64,000 bases of DNA from Salinispira sp. GTDB taxonomy: Bacteria > Spirochaetota > Spirochaetia > DSM-27196 > Salinispiraceae. Location of the stretch: assembly GCA_965602015.1 (NCBI GenBank), contig OZ271918.1:3552001-3616000 (forward strand). Direction: 5' to 3'. Positions 41,495 through 51,309 of the stretch are shown in pieces; the stretch's first letter is position 1, and each line of letters starts with the position of its first letter. The position numbers and the translations under genes were made by a program. The notes under the pieces are model-generated. The model worked only from the letters and a program-made list of their open reading frames with translations, was not told the origin of the DNA and did no database searches.

Positions 41495-41557
41495 TTCTTC
41501 CTCCTTTTTGGCCAGCCTATCGGCCTTATTCCGTTATACCGCCGATTCGGCGGCGTG

Positions 41558-41851
41558 TTAACGGGAAAAGCTGACAGAATTAATGGTCACCGGCGTGCCC
41601 CACTGCTGGATGGTTGCGATATCTTCTTCAACGGAGTAGGTAAAATAGATGAGCATTCCGTTTACTTGATGTTCCTCGCTGAGATTAAGAGGCAACAAGC
41701 TTTCCCCGTCGTCAGTAATGATTCCGTAAAAACCGCCTTCCATCTCGAGGTAAACTACGGTGCCTCGAATAAATCTTCCTGAAAATGAAACACAGGACAT
41801 TATCGATGTAAGCGTCAGCAAAACTGCGAGTAAAACAATGTACTTTTTCAT
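41558..41851 (-). CDS. Small lipoprotein, hypothetical
   Basis: Signal peptide with MSC lipobox; EGGFYGI and QWG motifs. Confidence 0.7.
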   Translation of the reverse strand: MKKYIVLLAVLLTLTSIMSCVSFSGRFIRGTVVYLEMEGGFYGIITDDGESLLPLNLSEEHQVNGMLIYFTYSVEEDIATIQQWGTPVTINSVSFSR

Positions 41852-41976
41852 TAGACAATGGTGCCCTTATTCCGGGCGGCGGTCAATGCTTTGCCTGGAC
41901 AACGTCGCATTGGCATGGCGACCCTATGGAGGGGTAGCGTTTACCTCATAAAAAACGTTTTTTGGATCGGTTCTTC

Positions 41977-43977
41977 TTATTGGGTCTGTTCAGGACAGGC
42001 ATCGAGGGGCCATCTGACCTCAAACATGCTGCCCTCTCCCGGCCTGCTGTGAACGCGAATTTCGCCGCCAAGACTCTGCTCCACCAGATTCTTTACAATG
42101 CTTAATCCCAGTCCGGTTCCCCCGTCGGTCGGCCGGGTTGTGAAAAACGTTTCGAAGGCCCGGTCCCGTACCTCTTCGCTCATACCGGCCCCGTCGTCGG
42201 TAATTCGCAGCACAACTGATTCGTCGTCAAGCTCGGCGCTAATGCTGACATTGCCTTCTTCCCCGTCGGGGTATGCGTGGGCAAGGGTGTTGAGCAGCAG
42301 GTTAGAAATAATCTGCCATACTGCGCCGGGCAATAACCGGGTGGCCGGAATGTGGCTGAGGTGCATATCAAGGCTGACGGCGCTGCGCGTGAAGCGCGGA
42401 GCCAAACTTTCCACAACCCGGGGAATGTACTCTTCAAGGCTCACACAGCGTTTTTCCTCGACCATTTGGTCCCGTGCGCTGTTGCGGAAGTTATCTAGGA
42501 GCCGGTCCGCCCTGGCCAGACTTTCGGTCACCCCGGCGAGTCCGTTCTCGCTTTTATCCAGATAGTCCTTCATCGATGATAGCGTCAGGGCGCGTTGACC
42601 GAGTTCCCCTTGTATTCTCCGGGATTCCTCCTGGAGAAAGCTTGCTGCCAGCATGGCGTTGCCGATGGGAGTGCGCACCTCATGGTGCACCCCGGCCACC
42701 AAACTTCCGATGAGGGCCAGGCGTTCGTTTGCCAACAGTTGCTTTTCGCTGAGTTCAAGGGTCCGGATGTTCTGCTCAAGCACAGCAGTCTGGGCTGCGA
42801 TGGTCCGGCGGGCTTTGACGAAATTTGCGGCATATGCCAGGAAAATGATGACGATAAATACAGTGAGGCCCATGAGGTTTGTGTAAACCACCGGAGTGAT
42901 CCCCCGCGAAGCGAGAATAACATCCCGGCCGGCGCTAATGACGATTATCATGATGCCGGCCATCAGCGCCCACCGGGCATCGAGTCCTCGGCGAATCCCG
43001 ACCACGCCCAGGGCAATGGAATACACGAGCATCGGTGCGGTAAGTCCAAGGTATACAACTGTGTCGTTAAGAAATACTGCCTGGGCGATAGTTCCTGCAC
43101 TGCCAATCAGTATCAGGGCTGCAACTGTTCCGCCGATGAAGAGGTTGCGAACCCAGGACCTTTGGTGGATTTCGACGAATTCCTGCACAAACAACACCAT
43201 CCCCAATACCCCGATGTGGAGCCCAAAAACCTGAATTTTGAACATTGTCAGATAGGAAAAAGGACTGCGAAGCACAAAGAGGATGGTGGCATTGACCGCA
43301 AAGCCCAGGGAGGCAAATGCCATAAAGGCTCTGCCGCTTTTATCAGGCTCCATGATAAAAATCACCATAAAATACAGGAATGTCAGCACCCCGATAGCGC
43401 TGACCGCGAGACCCTGTCCGCGATTGACCAGGCTTTCAAGGCGGGCCCGGGGCGCCACATGCTTCCACTCTCCCACCGTCATTGTCCCGTAGGTGATGAT
43501 GTTTTTCCTGCTGTAGGTTCTGATTGTGAGATTAAGGGATTCCCCGCCTGCAATCAGATCATCGGGAATCAGAATGGCGTGGGAGAAGAACATATTGCTA
43601 TAATACTTGTCCGGCGGGCCGCTGCCGCTTATCAGGATCAGGCGACCGTTTATAAACACCCGGGAGTAATCCGGCAGGCGGCCAATATATATGCCCGGTT
43701 GAGATAATCCTGAAAATGCGTGTGCCGGGATTTCTCTTTGAAGCCATATGGTATGTGCCCCACCGGGAGGAAGCAAAAACCGCGGTGCAGGAAGCTGGAC
43801 ACACTCCGGAATTTCGTCAACGGGAAAGCGATCGGAGATCGGGTCGGCGGTAATGGCAAGCAGCCAGCTGCCATCGAGGTCATACTCCCCTTCAACTGAT
43901 TCCCTCGTACCGGCGGCAAACAATGGACCGCTGAGCAGTAGCAACAGTAAATAAAGCCATACGACGGTCCGACTCAC
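41977..43977 (-). CDS. Membrane sensor histidine kinase (7TM-type, extracellular sugar-binding-like domain)
   Basis: H-box HHEVRTP, N-box NLLLN..HA, DDGAG, FFTT, GGTGLGL. Confidence 0.92.
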   Translation of the reverse strand: MSRTVVWLYLLLLLLSGPLFAAGTRESVEGEYDLDGSWLLAITADPISDRFPVDEIPECVQLPAPRFLLPPGGAHTIWLQREIPAHAFSGLSQPGIYIGRLPDYSRVFINGRLILISGSGPPDKYYSNMFFSHAILIPDDLIAGGESLNLTIRTYSRKNIITYGTMTVGEWKHVAPRARLESLVNRGQGLAVSAIGVLTFLYFMVIFIMEPDKSGRAFMAFASLGFAVNATILFVLRSPFSYLTMFKIQVFGLHIGVLGMVLFVQEFVEIHQRSWVRNLFIGGTVAALILIGSAGTIAQAVFLNDTVVYLGLTAPMLVYSIALGVVGIRRGLDARWALMAGIMIIVISAGRDVILASRGITPVVYTNLMGLTVFIVIIFLAYAANFVKARRTIAAQTAVLEQNIRTLELSEKQLLANERLALIGSLVAGVHHEVRTPIGNAMLAASFLQEESRRIQGELGQRALTLSSMKDYLDKSENGLAGVTESLARADRLLDNFRNSARDQMVEEKRCVSLEEYIPRVVESLAPRFTRSAVSLDMHLSHIPATRLLPGAVWQIISNLLLNTLAHAYPDGEEGNVSISAELDDESVVLRITDDGAGMSEEVRDRAFETFFTTRPTDGGTGLGLSIVKNLVEQSLGGEIRVHSRPGEGSMFEVRWPLDACPEQTQ

Positions 43978-44048
43978 ATCATTTCCTCGCTATTTTATAT
44001 GTAGAAAAATAGCATAAGTGAACAGACAGCGCAGCATACAGTCGATAA

Positions 44049-44082
44049 AACCGCACCTCTATTAGCAATAAAAGGTGCGGTT
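44049..44082. terminator. Hairpin downstream of ferritin (AACCGCACCT...AGGTGCGGTT), probable terminator
   Basis: 10-bp inverted repeat followed by T-run on minus strand. Confidence 0.6.
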
Positions 44083-44105
44083 GTCTGCTCTCAGTATTTC
44101 GAAGG

Positions 44106-44615
44106 CTACTCCGCTGGAGCTGCCGGTGTAGATCCGGCGAGTTCGGCATCGAGGACCATCAATCCAACAGGGGAGTACTCGGTGAGCTTCATCCTTTTCA
44201 GAAGAGTTCCCACGACCATTTCCTCCTCTTTTTGCTCTTCTACAAACCAGTCCAGGAGAATAATTGAGGTCTTATCGTTTTCCTCGCTCGCAAGGTCGTG
44301 AATTTCATGGATTTTGGAGGTAAGCCACTGCTCGTGAGCCATCGCGGCTTCGACGGCTTCCTTCACACCGTCCCAGCTTTTATCGGTCATATCAACCTTG
44401 CTGAGACTGACCTTCGCGTCCTTATCTTTCAGATACTCGATAATCTTCTCAGCGTGGCCATATTCTTCCCGGGCGTGCTGGTCCATCCAGGCAGAGAACC
44501 CAAGGTAGCCCTTGTCATACAGGTCCAGGGCAATGGCCCGGTACAGGAAATGGGCGGTAAACTCCCGGCCAATTTGCTGGTTGAGTGCTTTATGTAGTTT
44601 TTCGCTGAGCTTCAT
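44106..44615 (-). CDS. ftn: Ferritin
   Basis: LNQQIGRE, EEYGHA, HE, WFVEEQKEEE ferroxidase motifs. Confidence 0.92.
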   Translation of the reverse strand: MKLSEKLHKALNQQIGREFTAHFLYRAIALDLYDKGYLGFSAWMDQHAREEYGHAEKIIEYLKDKDAKVSLSKVDMTDKSWDGVKEAVEAAMAHEQWLTSKIHEIHDLASEENDKTSIILLDWFVEEQKEEEMVVGTLLKRMKLTEYSPVGLMVLDAELAGSTPAAPAE

Positions 44616-45392
44616 ATATGTCTCCTTGTTGTGTGCGCGTATTAATTAAAAGATAGGTGCTGACCATGGTTGAGTCAAGAATTCAATCTGCCCAGGCGGA
44701 GCAGATATACCTTGGTCCGGGGCTAAGCCAGGAGCGATGCGTTCAATGCCCGGGGTAACTATCATGAAAGACCTGAATAAAAGCCCGGATGCCGGGTGTG
44801 TCGGTTTTTACTTGTTCACCCGATCTATCAGGTTGATATTTGCCTATTTTTGCTCTGCTTTGGTATTTTTCATCCATGGACAGCATCAGCAGCATTCCGA
44901 CAGTTTCAGCCCGCGTGGTGTACCGCAATTCCATTTCGCTGGGATCATATGCAATCAGGCCGACAAATTTTTATCCGCGATATGGTGAGGCGAATGACCA
45001 AGTCGACCCTGTCTCTCCCGTTGTTCCGGCTGCCTTTCAGGAGGTAGTTCCCCGGTACCGCACCTCGACCAGCGAAACCAGGGATTTGGGTACCGGTCCC
45101 CTCTATGAAGGTCAGCTGATAAATATTCTTGTGTGAAAAGTGGTTTTACCATGGCTAACTCTAATGTGAACTCTTCAGTGATGGGTCTGCTGCACCATAT
45201 ACTTCCATCAGAGCGAAAATAGGAAGTAATCAAGGAACCGTCGGATTTTTTGTATTCAATGCGAAAAACCTGGCCGGGTTCAATGATCATGGGATAGTTG
45301 CCGTAAGGAAGCTTGGCAAGACTATAAAATCATATCTCTCATACTGAAGATCTCTTTGTGATAGATTTTGCTATGAAGGTGAAATTGTATTC

Positions 45393-46127
45393 ATGATCAA
45401 CAATGGTATTGGCATTTATTTCGATCGCAGTGTGGTCAGAAGTATTGTGAAGGTAATCTGGATATCTTTGCTTATGCTCATTGTGTTTGTCCAGACATCG
45501 TGTAATGGTAGATTACGAGACCCGGTTGAGTTAACAGAAGAAGAGTTCGATATTTTTTTATCTGTTATACTTGAAACAGAATTTGGTGATTATCTGGATG
45601 AAAAGGTAACCAAATGGTCTGAAGATATGCATATCTACGTGTTGGGTAACCCTGAGCAATACCTCAATCGTGAACTGAAAAAAGTGATATCCGAGCTCAA
45701 TGTATTGGTAAAACCTCTGATGTTAAAATTGGTGAATACCGTATCGGCTGCTAATTTTTTTGTTGTATTTGGCTCAGTCGAGAATTACATAAAAATAGAC
45801 CCATCATCAATTGGCCTTATAGAGGATAGTAATGGATTAGCTAGTATTGCAATCAACGATCATGATGAAATAGAACGTGGTGCTATGTATGTAGCTACGG
45901 TTTCGACCACGGTAACAGAACAGAAACATGCAATCAGAGAGGAGTTGACTCAATCACTTGGTCTTACAAATGATATATATGACTTCCCGGAGTCCATTTT
46001 TTATGAACCGTGGAGTACGGTTACTGAGTTCACTGAGTTAGATCGCAAGTTTATCAGATTATTATATAGCCCAGAGATAAATAGCGGAGATGATGCGGAT
46101 ACAATCAGATCAAGGATTATGAACTAA
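45393..46127 (+). CDS. DUF2927 family lipoprotein
   Basis: KW, IREELTQSLGL.ND, SIF, ELD...LY; lipobox QTSC. Confidence 0.75.
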   Translation: MINNGIGIYFDRSVVRSIVKVIWISLLMLIVFVQTSCNGRLRDPVELTEEEFDIFLSVILETEFGDYLDEKVTKWSEDMHIYVLGNPEQYLNRELKKVISELNVLVKPLMLKLVNTVSAANFFVVFGSVENYIKIDPSSIGLIEDSNGLASIAINDHDEIERGAMYVATVSTTVTEQKHAIREELTQSLGLTNDIYDFPESIFYEPWSTVTEFTELDRKFIRLLYSPEINSGDDADTIRSRIMN

Positions 46128-46257
46128 AATTTCTTGTACAGTCAGATTTTTCAAAAGTGGTCATAAGCAGTGAGACTTGGCGTTTGTTCATATGCGGATT
46201 TAATCACAGGCCCCCATCCCGGAATCGATTTCGTTCCGGGAATAGTGGGCAGCCAGA

Positions 46258-47565
46258 CTAGGGCGTTAGCCTCTTCCCGTCCCGGGGAAAAAGACTGGCC
46301 ATTCTGATATTCGGCAATTCTAAAAGCGACTGAATCCAGCGCTCAAGACCGATGGCAAAACCGCCGTGGGGCGGCATACCGGCATCGAATGCTTCGAGGT
46401 AGGATGCAAAGCCCGAAGGATCCATTCCCCGGGATTCCATCGCCCGCAGATATTGGTCCTTCCGATGCAGCCTCTGACCGCCGGTTATCAGCTCCTGACC
46501 GCGGAATAGCACGTCAAAGCTGCGGCTGCGGTCTGGGTTATCGAGGTCGGGATGGGTATAAAACGGACGCTTACTCATGGGATAGTACTCCACGAACAGA
46601 AAGTCGCTGTGGTGCTTCTCAAGCGACCACTGACCTAGGGCTGCCTCCGCTGCCGGCGAAAGGTCCGCAACCCTGGTCTCTGCCCCGAGTTCTCCGGCAA
46701 GCGCCAGGGCTTCGCTGAAGTCCAGCCTGGGAATTCGATCCGGCACTTGGGGCCAGGCAACGGGAAAGCGCTCGTCCCAGTCCAGCACCAGTTCGTACAA
46801 CCGTTTGGCCATGAATGCAATAAGGCGGTTCGCCAGTTCCATCACATCACCATGATCCCGGATAAAACCAATTTCCACGTCCAGGGAAGTATATTCATTC
46901 AGATGCCGGGAGCTAGCATGGGGTTCGGCCCGAAACACCGGTCCGGTTTCGTATACCTTCTCGAAGACCCCGACCATTATCTGTTTGTGCACCTGGGGGC
47001 TCTGAGCAAGAAATGCCGGAGTACCGAAGTAATTCAGGGCAAACACATCACTCCCTCCTTCCATGGTTCCGGCGTTGAGTTTCGGCGTATGTATCTCGGT
47101 GAATCCTTCGGCATCTAAAAAGCTGCGGAAAATCCCAACACTGACCGATGCAAGCCGGTGGCGAAAACGCAGCTGGGGCCTGCGCAGCACCAAGGCGGCG
47201 TGGTCCAAAATACCGTTCTGATGCAGGGCCAATTCCTTTTTAGAGATATCGATGGATATTTCATTCGAGCCTGAGCCCTCATAGCGAATGGCCTCGGCAA
47301 TGAACTCGCAGCCCGAATCGGTCTGTTCGCTGGCGACCACGGTTCCCAGCAGCTCTACGGCACTCCCCCGGGGAATTTGATCCAGACGCGCTCTCACCCG
47401 CTGATCAATAAACACCGCCTGAGCGACGGATTTACCGTCCCTCATGGTGGCGAAACTTATGGTTTTCTGTTTCCTGACCCGGTACAGCCAAGCGCAAAGA
47501 ATGGCCTTCTGTCCGATACGATATTCCATGCCGGTTATTTCTATTCGTTTCATCCTGTTCTCCAA
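46258..47565 (-). CDS. aspS: Non-discriminating aspartate--tRNA(Asp/Asn) ligase (short, archaeal-type)
   Basis: EGGS, LAQSPQ, FRAE, RHLNEYTSLD, GGQR, GMPPHGGFAIGLER, FPRD. Confidence 0.93.
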   Translation of the reverse strand: MENRMKRIEITGMEYRIGQKAILCAWLYRVRKQKTISFATMRDGKSVAQAVFIDQRVRARLDQIPRGSAVELLGTVVASEQTDSGCEFIAEAIRYEGSGSNEISIDISKKELALHQNGILDHAALVLRRPQLRFRHRLASVSVGIFRSFLDAEGFTEIHTPKLNAGTMEGGSDVFALNYFGTPAFLAQSPQVHKQIMVGVFEKVYETGPVFRAEPHASSRHLNEYTSLDVEIGFIRDHGDVMELANRLIAFMAKRLYELVLDWDERFPVAWPQVPDRIPRLDFSEALALAGELGAETRVADLSPAAEAALGQWSLEKHHSDFLFVEYYPMSKRPFYTHPDLDNPDRSRSFDVLFRGQELITGGQRLHRKDQYLRAMESRGMDPSGFASYLEAFDAGMPPHGGFAIGLERWIQSLLELPNIRMASLFPRDGKRLTP

Positions 47566-47602
47566 TATGGTGTTTTTGTCGGCATCGGCCCGCCCCCAGT
47601 GA

Positions 47603-47914
47603 CTATCGGGAGAAGGCCTGAATATCGTCTACAAGTCCATATTCCCAGGCTTCAAGAATCGGAAGCCGTTCCTCCCGGCGCCTGAAGTAATGTACCGCGT
47701 AATTCCGCTGCATGCCGGTTCCGTGAAACAGGTAGTGGGAAATCCGTTCCTGACCGGTTTCAGCTTCCACGAAACCGAGAGCCATATCGGCGGCTTTGAT
47801 TGCAGTGAGCCCCGTATCTGGATTCAGGAGCTCCATGATCCGATCCACGTCCCCAGCCGTTCCCCGCCGAGCCAGGTCAACGAGGACATTTGATTTGCTT
47901 CGTCCAGACATCAT
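47603..47914 (-). CDS. Hypothetical protein, co-oriented with aspS
   Basis: GAGGAGG RBS, 103-aa ORF. Confidence 0.65.
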   Translation of the reverse strand: MMSGRSKSNVLVDLARRGTAGDVDRIMELLNPDTGLTAIKAADMALGFVEAETGQERISHYLFHGTGMQRNYAVHYFRRREERLPILEAWEYGLVDDIQAFSR

Positions 47915-47959
47915 GTTCCTCCTCTTGAAAGAATATTGCCGGATTTGTCATCCGGACAT

Positions 47960-47990
47960 AAAAAAAGGACGCGATCGATATCGCGTCCTT
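47960..47990 (-). terminator. Intrinsic terminator/attenuator upstream of the aspS operon
   Basis: Minus strand AAGGACGCGAT-atcg-ATCGCGTCCTT followed by T-run. Confidence 0.85.
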
Positions 47991-48010
47991 CAAGGGTTCG
48001 GAATGCAGGG

Positions 48011-48109
48011 TCAACGTTCACCCGGAATCACCGCCCGACGCGAAAGAAAGAGAAAATCGGAATCATAGTCCATGGAAATGTCGACGCGGGTGTTCACGGG
48101 AAATATCAT
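48011..48109 (-). CDS. Putative leader peptide (32 aa, MIFPVNTRVDISMDYDSDFLFLSRRAVIPGER)
   Basis: Four Asp codons in nine; ATG 7 nt after TTGACC-N17-GATACT; ends 20 nt before the terminator. Confidence 0.55.
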   Translation of the reverse strand: MIFPVNTRVDISMDYDSDFLFLSRRAVIPGER

Positions 48110-48246
48110 AAACGCCAGTATCCTCCTGAACGCGGCGATGGTCAAGATCTGCATCGGCCGGCTTCGGCCCTTAAATCGCCATCCATGGCGATTTGCCCTC
48201 CAAGTATTCGGGCCAGGACTGCGCTTCAAGACCTTCGTTTAGACAC

Positions 48247-48280
48247 AAAAAAAGCAGATCGGTCTGTGGCCAATCTGCTT
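48247..48280 (-). terminator. Terminator downstream of tRNA-Leu 3' fragment A
   Basis: AAGCAGATTGG...CCGATCTGCTTTTTTT on minus strand. Confidence 0.7.
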
Positions 48281-48286
48281 CTTTGA

Positions 48287-48714
48287 TGCCCAGAAGAGGA
48301 CTTGGCCCTATGGTCGCTGACATCCTGTCAGCTCCCGCCGGGCCGCCTCCGTCGCTAAATTGGCATCCCTGCTATTTTGCGCTCGCAGCGCTCGCGCCGG
48401 AGACTGCGCGCAATGTCCGATGGACATGGCCCTCCACGGGGTTGGCCCTGGAAGCATGCTCGAGCAGGAAGCGAAGCTTCCGACCAGGGCCCACTATAAC
48501 CTGAAATATGTGCCTGTCCTTATGTTGTCCATATACAGCTATATACAGCTGCATACTGGGAGCTTATGTCGTCAGCTATCCATATATTGCTTATACGCTC
48601 ATATAAGCGAAAGCTCTTCGAGCTTTCGTACTCTGCGCTCACTCGGCAATGCCCAAGCAGGCATGGTCACTGCGCTCGTATCGCTTGAGTATAAAGGCGT
48701 CGATACTGGCGTCA
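48287..48714 (-). repeat. att-like junction A: tRNA-Leu(CAG) 3' half (with two palindromic insertions) + conserved arm
   Basis: Colinear with 50737-51056 and 59751-59926. Confidence 0.85.
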
Positions 48715-48718
48715 AAAA

Positions 48719-49033
48719 TCACGATGCCTTTGGGTGAATCTTTTTGTACTCATCCTGATGTTTTTCCTTCGCAATATCCAGATCATAGAGCGACTGTAGA
48801 TTGATCCAGTATTCTGCTGAAGTTCCGAAAAACCTGGAAAACCGAATTGCAGTATCAGCGGTAATCTTGCGCGTGCCATTGATAATTCTGGAAATTCTCA
48901 TTGGATCAACATCGATTCCTTTTGCCAATTCGTATGCAGTCACACCCATGGCATCAAGGAAATCTTCCTTTAGTACTTCTCCGGGAGTAGTCAGTTCAAT
49001 CAGCTCATCGCTGTACTCATTTTTTTCACCCAT
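48719..49033 (-). CDS. higA: HigA family antitoxin
   Basis: TPGEVLKEDFL, ITADTAIRFSRFFGTSAEYWINLQ..YDL. Confidence 0.92.
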   Translation of the reverse strand: MGEKNEYSDELIELTTPGEVLKEDFLDAMGVTAYELAKGIDVDPMRISRIINGTRKITADTAIRFSRFFGTSAEYWINLQSLYDLDIAKEKHQDEYKKIHPKAS

Positions 49034-49044
49034 ATCACAACACC

Positions 49045-49123
49045 TCAATGATAATCGCAAAATTCCACATCATATGCATGTCCATTTTCCCAGCGGAAGC
49101 ATATGCGCCATTGATCATTACGC
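49045..49123 (-). pseudogene. higB: HigB toxin C-terminal remnant
   Basis: Translates as RNDQWRICFRWENGHAYDVEFCDYH*; N-terminal two-thirds missing. Confidence 0.8.
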
Positions 49124-49236
49124 ATTATAGCTTCTCAGGCTAATAGCGTGAAGAGCTATTGTTGTCAATCATAGAGGAAAACTTACTGCATGTGTGTCTA
49201 GTCAAATTAGAAAAAATTCTGATATATTCCCCATCC

Positions 49237-50526
49237 ATGTCAAAAAACAGTTCCTACTCCCGCTACTCAACAAGCTTCAAACTCGCAGTAAATCTCGGTA
49301 TTGCCGATCAAGTGGAAATTACATCGCTTCCATCTTCAACCAGGCACAATTTCAGGAATGCCAATTTCACTGATATTGTCGGCAAAGAATATGAAGGGCT
49401 CACTATACGTCTTGAGGAAATTGAAGACATCCTCGATTATAGAACGGCAACAGCAGTAGCGTATTCTATTGCCAGGGTTGCATTCTTCATAAAACAGCTT
49501 GGTAAGAATGCTCACCGGCTGAAAAAGATAAAATCACCTCAAATCCGCGATACCTTCATTGATCTGATAGAACGCACAAAGGTATTCAAACCGGAGAAAC
49601 AGATTCTCAAGTTCTTTGATGTGACACCTCGGCGTTTCAGCCTCTGGAAGGCCAACCCTATCGGGTGCACCAGAGCACCCCGCTTTGAGTGTGTTGCATC
49701 TTATCCGACCCAGCTGACCAATAATGAAATTGCCAAAATCGTAAAAGTATTCCGGGATCCGATCAAATCTGCATGGTCTGCATTTGCAATAGCCGCAACT
49801 CTGGTTCGGGAGCGGATTGTCATCTCCAGCATCCCGACTATTTTGAGGTATGCCCGTGATCTGGGGCTGCATAAACGGAAAGTTAAAAAGAAGAAGCAGA
49901 GGCGCGGCAGCATTGAAGCTGAGGATGTGGATGAAGTATGGCACATGGATTTTACGCAGGTAAAATCCAAAGAGGGGATAGTTCATTATCTGCATATTCT
50001 GATTTATAATTAGCCACGCAAAATTCTGACCTGGCATCTGTACACCAAACTCAGAGCCCGGACTTCTCGCGTTGTCACGAAAAAGGCAATAGACCAGATG
50101 GCTGACAGAAAAAAGTCGGCTATGCCGGTTACCGACGGCGGAAGTGAATTCGATAATTTAATGATGCGGGCGAAATTGGCTGGAACAGGTTTGGAACTTA
50201 TAATTACCGGGAAGGATGTTGAGTTTTCCAGTTCAATGGTTGAGGCTGTATGCAAATCTCTGAAGTACCGGCATATCTTCCCTCGGGAAGTTTCGACGGC
50301 AAATCGGCTATGGGAAACATTGAATCATTATAGTGAGGAGTACACTTGTCGGCCCCATACAAAACTAAAAGGCCCAACTCCCATTGATTTTTATGCCGGA
50401 TATGAACTTGATGAAGAGCTGTACAAGCTTCTCATGTCGGATTCCCGAGAGAAACGGATTGCTGTTAATAAGAAATCTTGTCCACCGTGCCAGGTTGTTG
50501 TCAACACCGGTGTATCCATTCGATGA
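49237..50526 (+). pseudogene. DDE (rve) transposase pseudogene with in-frame TAG at 50011-50013
   Basis: WHMDFT, TDGGSEF, SMVEA in the same frame either side of the stop; short IRs TGTTGTCAA (49160) / TTGTCAACA (50498-50506). Confidence 0.8.
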
Positions 50527-50736
50527 GCCCGTAGTCGAGATCCAGGTATATAGAGGACAGGAAATTGATAATACCTGTAAAGCAGGTACGTGCAGTAAGG
50601 TGAAATCCGGAGGAGATTGTAGTTCATGCTCGGATTAAGATGGGTAGTTGGAAATTTACCTAATTTTTATACTGCAGGTATGGAGACGGAGAGTGTTCTA
50701 AAATTGGGACGAAAGGGAGATTATCGTTATGAATGT

Positions 50737-51056
50737 TGCCCGGCTGACATCCTGTCAACTCCCGTTGAGCCGCCTCCGTCGCTAAAATGGCATCCCTGCC
50801 ATTTTGCGCTCGCAGCGCTCGCGCCTGAGGCTGCGCGCAATGTCCGTTGGATATTGCCCTCCACGGGGTTGGCCATGGCAGCATGCCCGAGCAGGAAGCG
50901 AAGCTTCCGACCAGGGCCCACTAGAACCTGAATTATGTGCGTGTCCTTATGTGGTTCATATACAGCTGTATAGAGCCGCATAACAGGAGCTTGTGCCGTC
51001 GGCCATCTATATAGAGCTTTTGGGCTTATATAACAAAGGCGTCAATACTGGCGTCA
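50737..51056 (-). repeat. att-like junction B: tRNA-Leu 3' half (same insertions as A, acceptor/T-arm partly deleted) + arm
   Basis: High identity to junctions A and C. Confidence 0.85.
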
Positions 51057-51057
51057 T

Positions 51058-51309
51058 TTATTTGGCATAATGCTCAGTGTAATTATCGAGCACTTTTCTG
51101 ATGAGCTGTTGATATGGGATGTCATTTTTTTCAGCTGCATCCTTAAAAAAATCTACACTGCGCTTTGATAGTAGAATAGTGATTTTGCGAGTTTCTTCCT
51201 TAGCAATCAGCTGCTCCGGAGGAGGCAAAAAATCCTCAACTACCTCACCTTGCAGGATTGCATCCTGAATTTCCTCAGGGGCATCAGTGTAATGTATTTT
51301 GCTCTTCAT
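51058..51309 (-). CDS. BrnA/CopG-like antitoxin
   Basis: DFLPPPEQL, KITILLS..SVDFFK, PYQQLIR; coupled to BrnT. Confidence 0.8.
   Translation of the reverse strand: MKSKIHYTDAPEEIQDAILQGEVVEDFLPPPEQLIAKEETRKITILLSKRSVDFFKDAAEKNDIPYQQLIRKVLDNYTEHYAK

Noticed and set aside
42595..43707. Long antisense ORFs (also 18172-18975, 23181-23846, 30086-30799, 36566-37270, 37267-37944)
   Set aside because: Shadow frames of well-supported genes on the opposite strand; no motifs.
44737..45290. Short ORFs between ferritin and the DUF2927 gene
   Set aside because: No recognisable motif; possibly a decayed gene, but this cannot be supported from sequence alone.
47990..48240. T-box riboswitch upstream of aspS
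   Set aside because: No GGTGGNACCGCG T-box motif before the terminator, and the leader is too short for stem I.
48193..48737. ORFs 48193-48504, 48360-48737, 48372-48554, 50626-50931, 50727-50981 and 59669-59851 with mutual similarity
   Set aside because: The similarity comes from the non-coding att/tRNA repeat; starts and stops are not conserved.
50011..50013. Pyrrolysine or read-through recoding of in-frame TAG in transposases (also 52186)
   Set aside because: Additional lesions in the 51685 copy and the mobile-element context favour ordinary pseudogenisation; no pyl genes in the window.
50384..50638. Cys-rich ORF (CKAGTC...CSSCSD) as a RiPP precursor for the PCAT
   Set aside because: It overlaps the transposase in another frame and has no RBS, double-glycine leader consensus or modifying enzyme.
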